Source: Camelus dromedarius
Lineage: Eukaryota
Direction: 5' to 3'
Length of the DNA: 64,000 nucleotides
NCBI RefSeq assembly: GCF_036321535.1
Contig: NC_087436.1
Location: 52,516,001-52,580,000 of the forward strand
Shown: positions 62,956 through 64,000 of the stretch, in pieces
Layout: each line of letters begins with the position of its first letter
How positions within the stretch are numbered: position 1 is the first letter of the stretch
Position numbers and translations under genes: made by a program
The notes under the pieces: model-generated
What the model saw: only the letters and a program-made list of their open reading frames with translations
Database searches by the model: none
What the model was told of the DNA's origin: nothing

Positions 62956-64000
62956 GTAAGCTCCCAGATTGTTGATTAGATGAAAAATGGTTATTTCAAA
63001 ATCTAACTTGGATTTTGTTCATGTGAACATAACCAAAAAGCATAACTTCTTAGAAATAGTTGATTATTAACCCCCAAGAAATAGAAAATTCTCCTATGAA
63101 GGAAAGGAAATATTATTTTTGGTAAGACTGTTAGACTGTGGCTTTCAGAGGTTGAGTATAGATATGTTCTAAAGAATGGGTGGTGACGAGGCATTTCTAT
63201 TCTGCAGTAGTGGCATAAAAAATTATATGCTACAGGGTTTTTAAAATTTTATTATTGCTGTGGATTTGTTTCATTTTTGGTAATGACTATATAGTCGAAT
63301 GGAACCAGGATTCATCATATAAAATGTAAATCATATTTTACACCATTTCATATAATTTTAATTGAACTTCTCAGTAAGAACAAAACATAATTTCCTGTTG
63401 GTAAAATTTATACTTCTTTTTTCCAACTTCTTAGGTTTTGATTTTGTTTGGTTTGAAATGTAAAAGTTTTCAAAATATAGATATGGTTGTATGAGTTATA
63501 TTTATACCAAGGGCGATGAAAAATGAGAGGCTAGATAGCTTTTAAATATTAAAAAAGTAGATTACTTTTTTCATTTTGAGTAGACCAAGTATTTAAAACA
63601 TCAATTTGAAAAAATAGATAAATACAAAGTAATAATTAGTTTTACAAAACAATCCATGTAGCTCTAATTTAAATATCAGGTGACAATAAAAACACTTAAA
63701 GTATTCTGCCCTCTCAATTTTACCTAAACAACATAGTCTCAGAACACATGTTATGTAAAGTGAGAACTATTGAATGATAAATGACATTATAAATATGTTG
63801 CAAAAAACAATTTTGTAAAATATAAGGTTATAAATATAGTCCCAATTCAAGAGCAAGATGTCAAAGGCTGAATGTGGTCCCAATTTCAGGTAGGAAATTC
63901 CAACTCAAACAAAGTACAACAGACAAACAGAAGAGTTGAAAAGCAAGAGCATCCAAAATCTTCAGACATGGCCAAACCCCTCACATGAGCCATTTTCCTT

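Larger units (their letters stand above)
1..64000 (+). other. EMCN: Endomucin gene body (partial: intron 1 to intron 10)
   Basis: Nine exons splice into one open frame ending ...YSSIILPVVIALIVITLSVFVLVGLYRMCWKTDPGTPENGNDQPQSDKESVKLLTVKTISHES, which I recognise as the endomucin TM and cytoplasmic tail. No signal-peptide exon or stop-codon exon was found in the window. Confidence 0.96.

Noticed and set aside
1..64000. CRISPR arrays, tRNA/rRNA genes, prokaryotic-type or novel multi-gene systems
   Set aside because: No regularly spaced repeat-spacer arrays, structural RNA genes or operon-like coding density were seen; the window is intronic mammalian DNA.

Overview
AT-rich mammalian genomic DNA. 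It is probably from a cetartiodactyl, and L1 3' tails plus the absence of Alu, BovB or PRE1-like SINEs hint at a camelid (inference). The whole window lies inside the endomucin gene (EMCN, + strand). I read nine coding exons, corresponding to exons 2-10 (numbering from recalled human structure): six Ser/Thr/Pro-rich mucin exons, the transmembrane exon and two cytoplasmic-tail exons. Exon 1 and the final coding exon lie outside the window. The introns contain L1, L2, MIR, MaLR/ERV LTR, Tigger and hAT-Charlie relics, a probable ancient RTE-clade LINE fossil and a full-length degenerate U1 snRNA copy. Apart from L1/RTE fragments and partial exon overlaps, the supplied ORFs look spurious. I found no convincing new multi-gene system. 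The most notable items are: (1) exon 3 ends in a non-canonical AT donor, and an in-frame candidate acceptor of the same intron reads CAT; (2) a 380-nt AG-free compound microsatellite forms the exon 7 polypyrimidine tract; (3) several unusual L1 insertion structures. Repeat boundaries and family names are approximate and assigned by eye.
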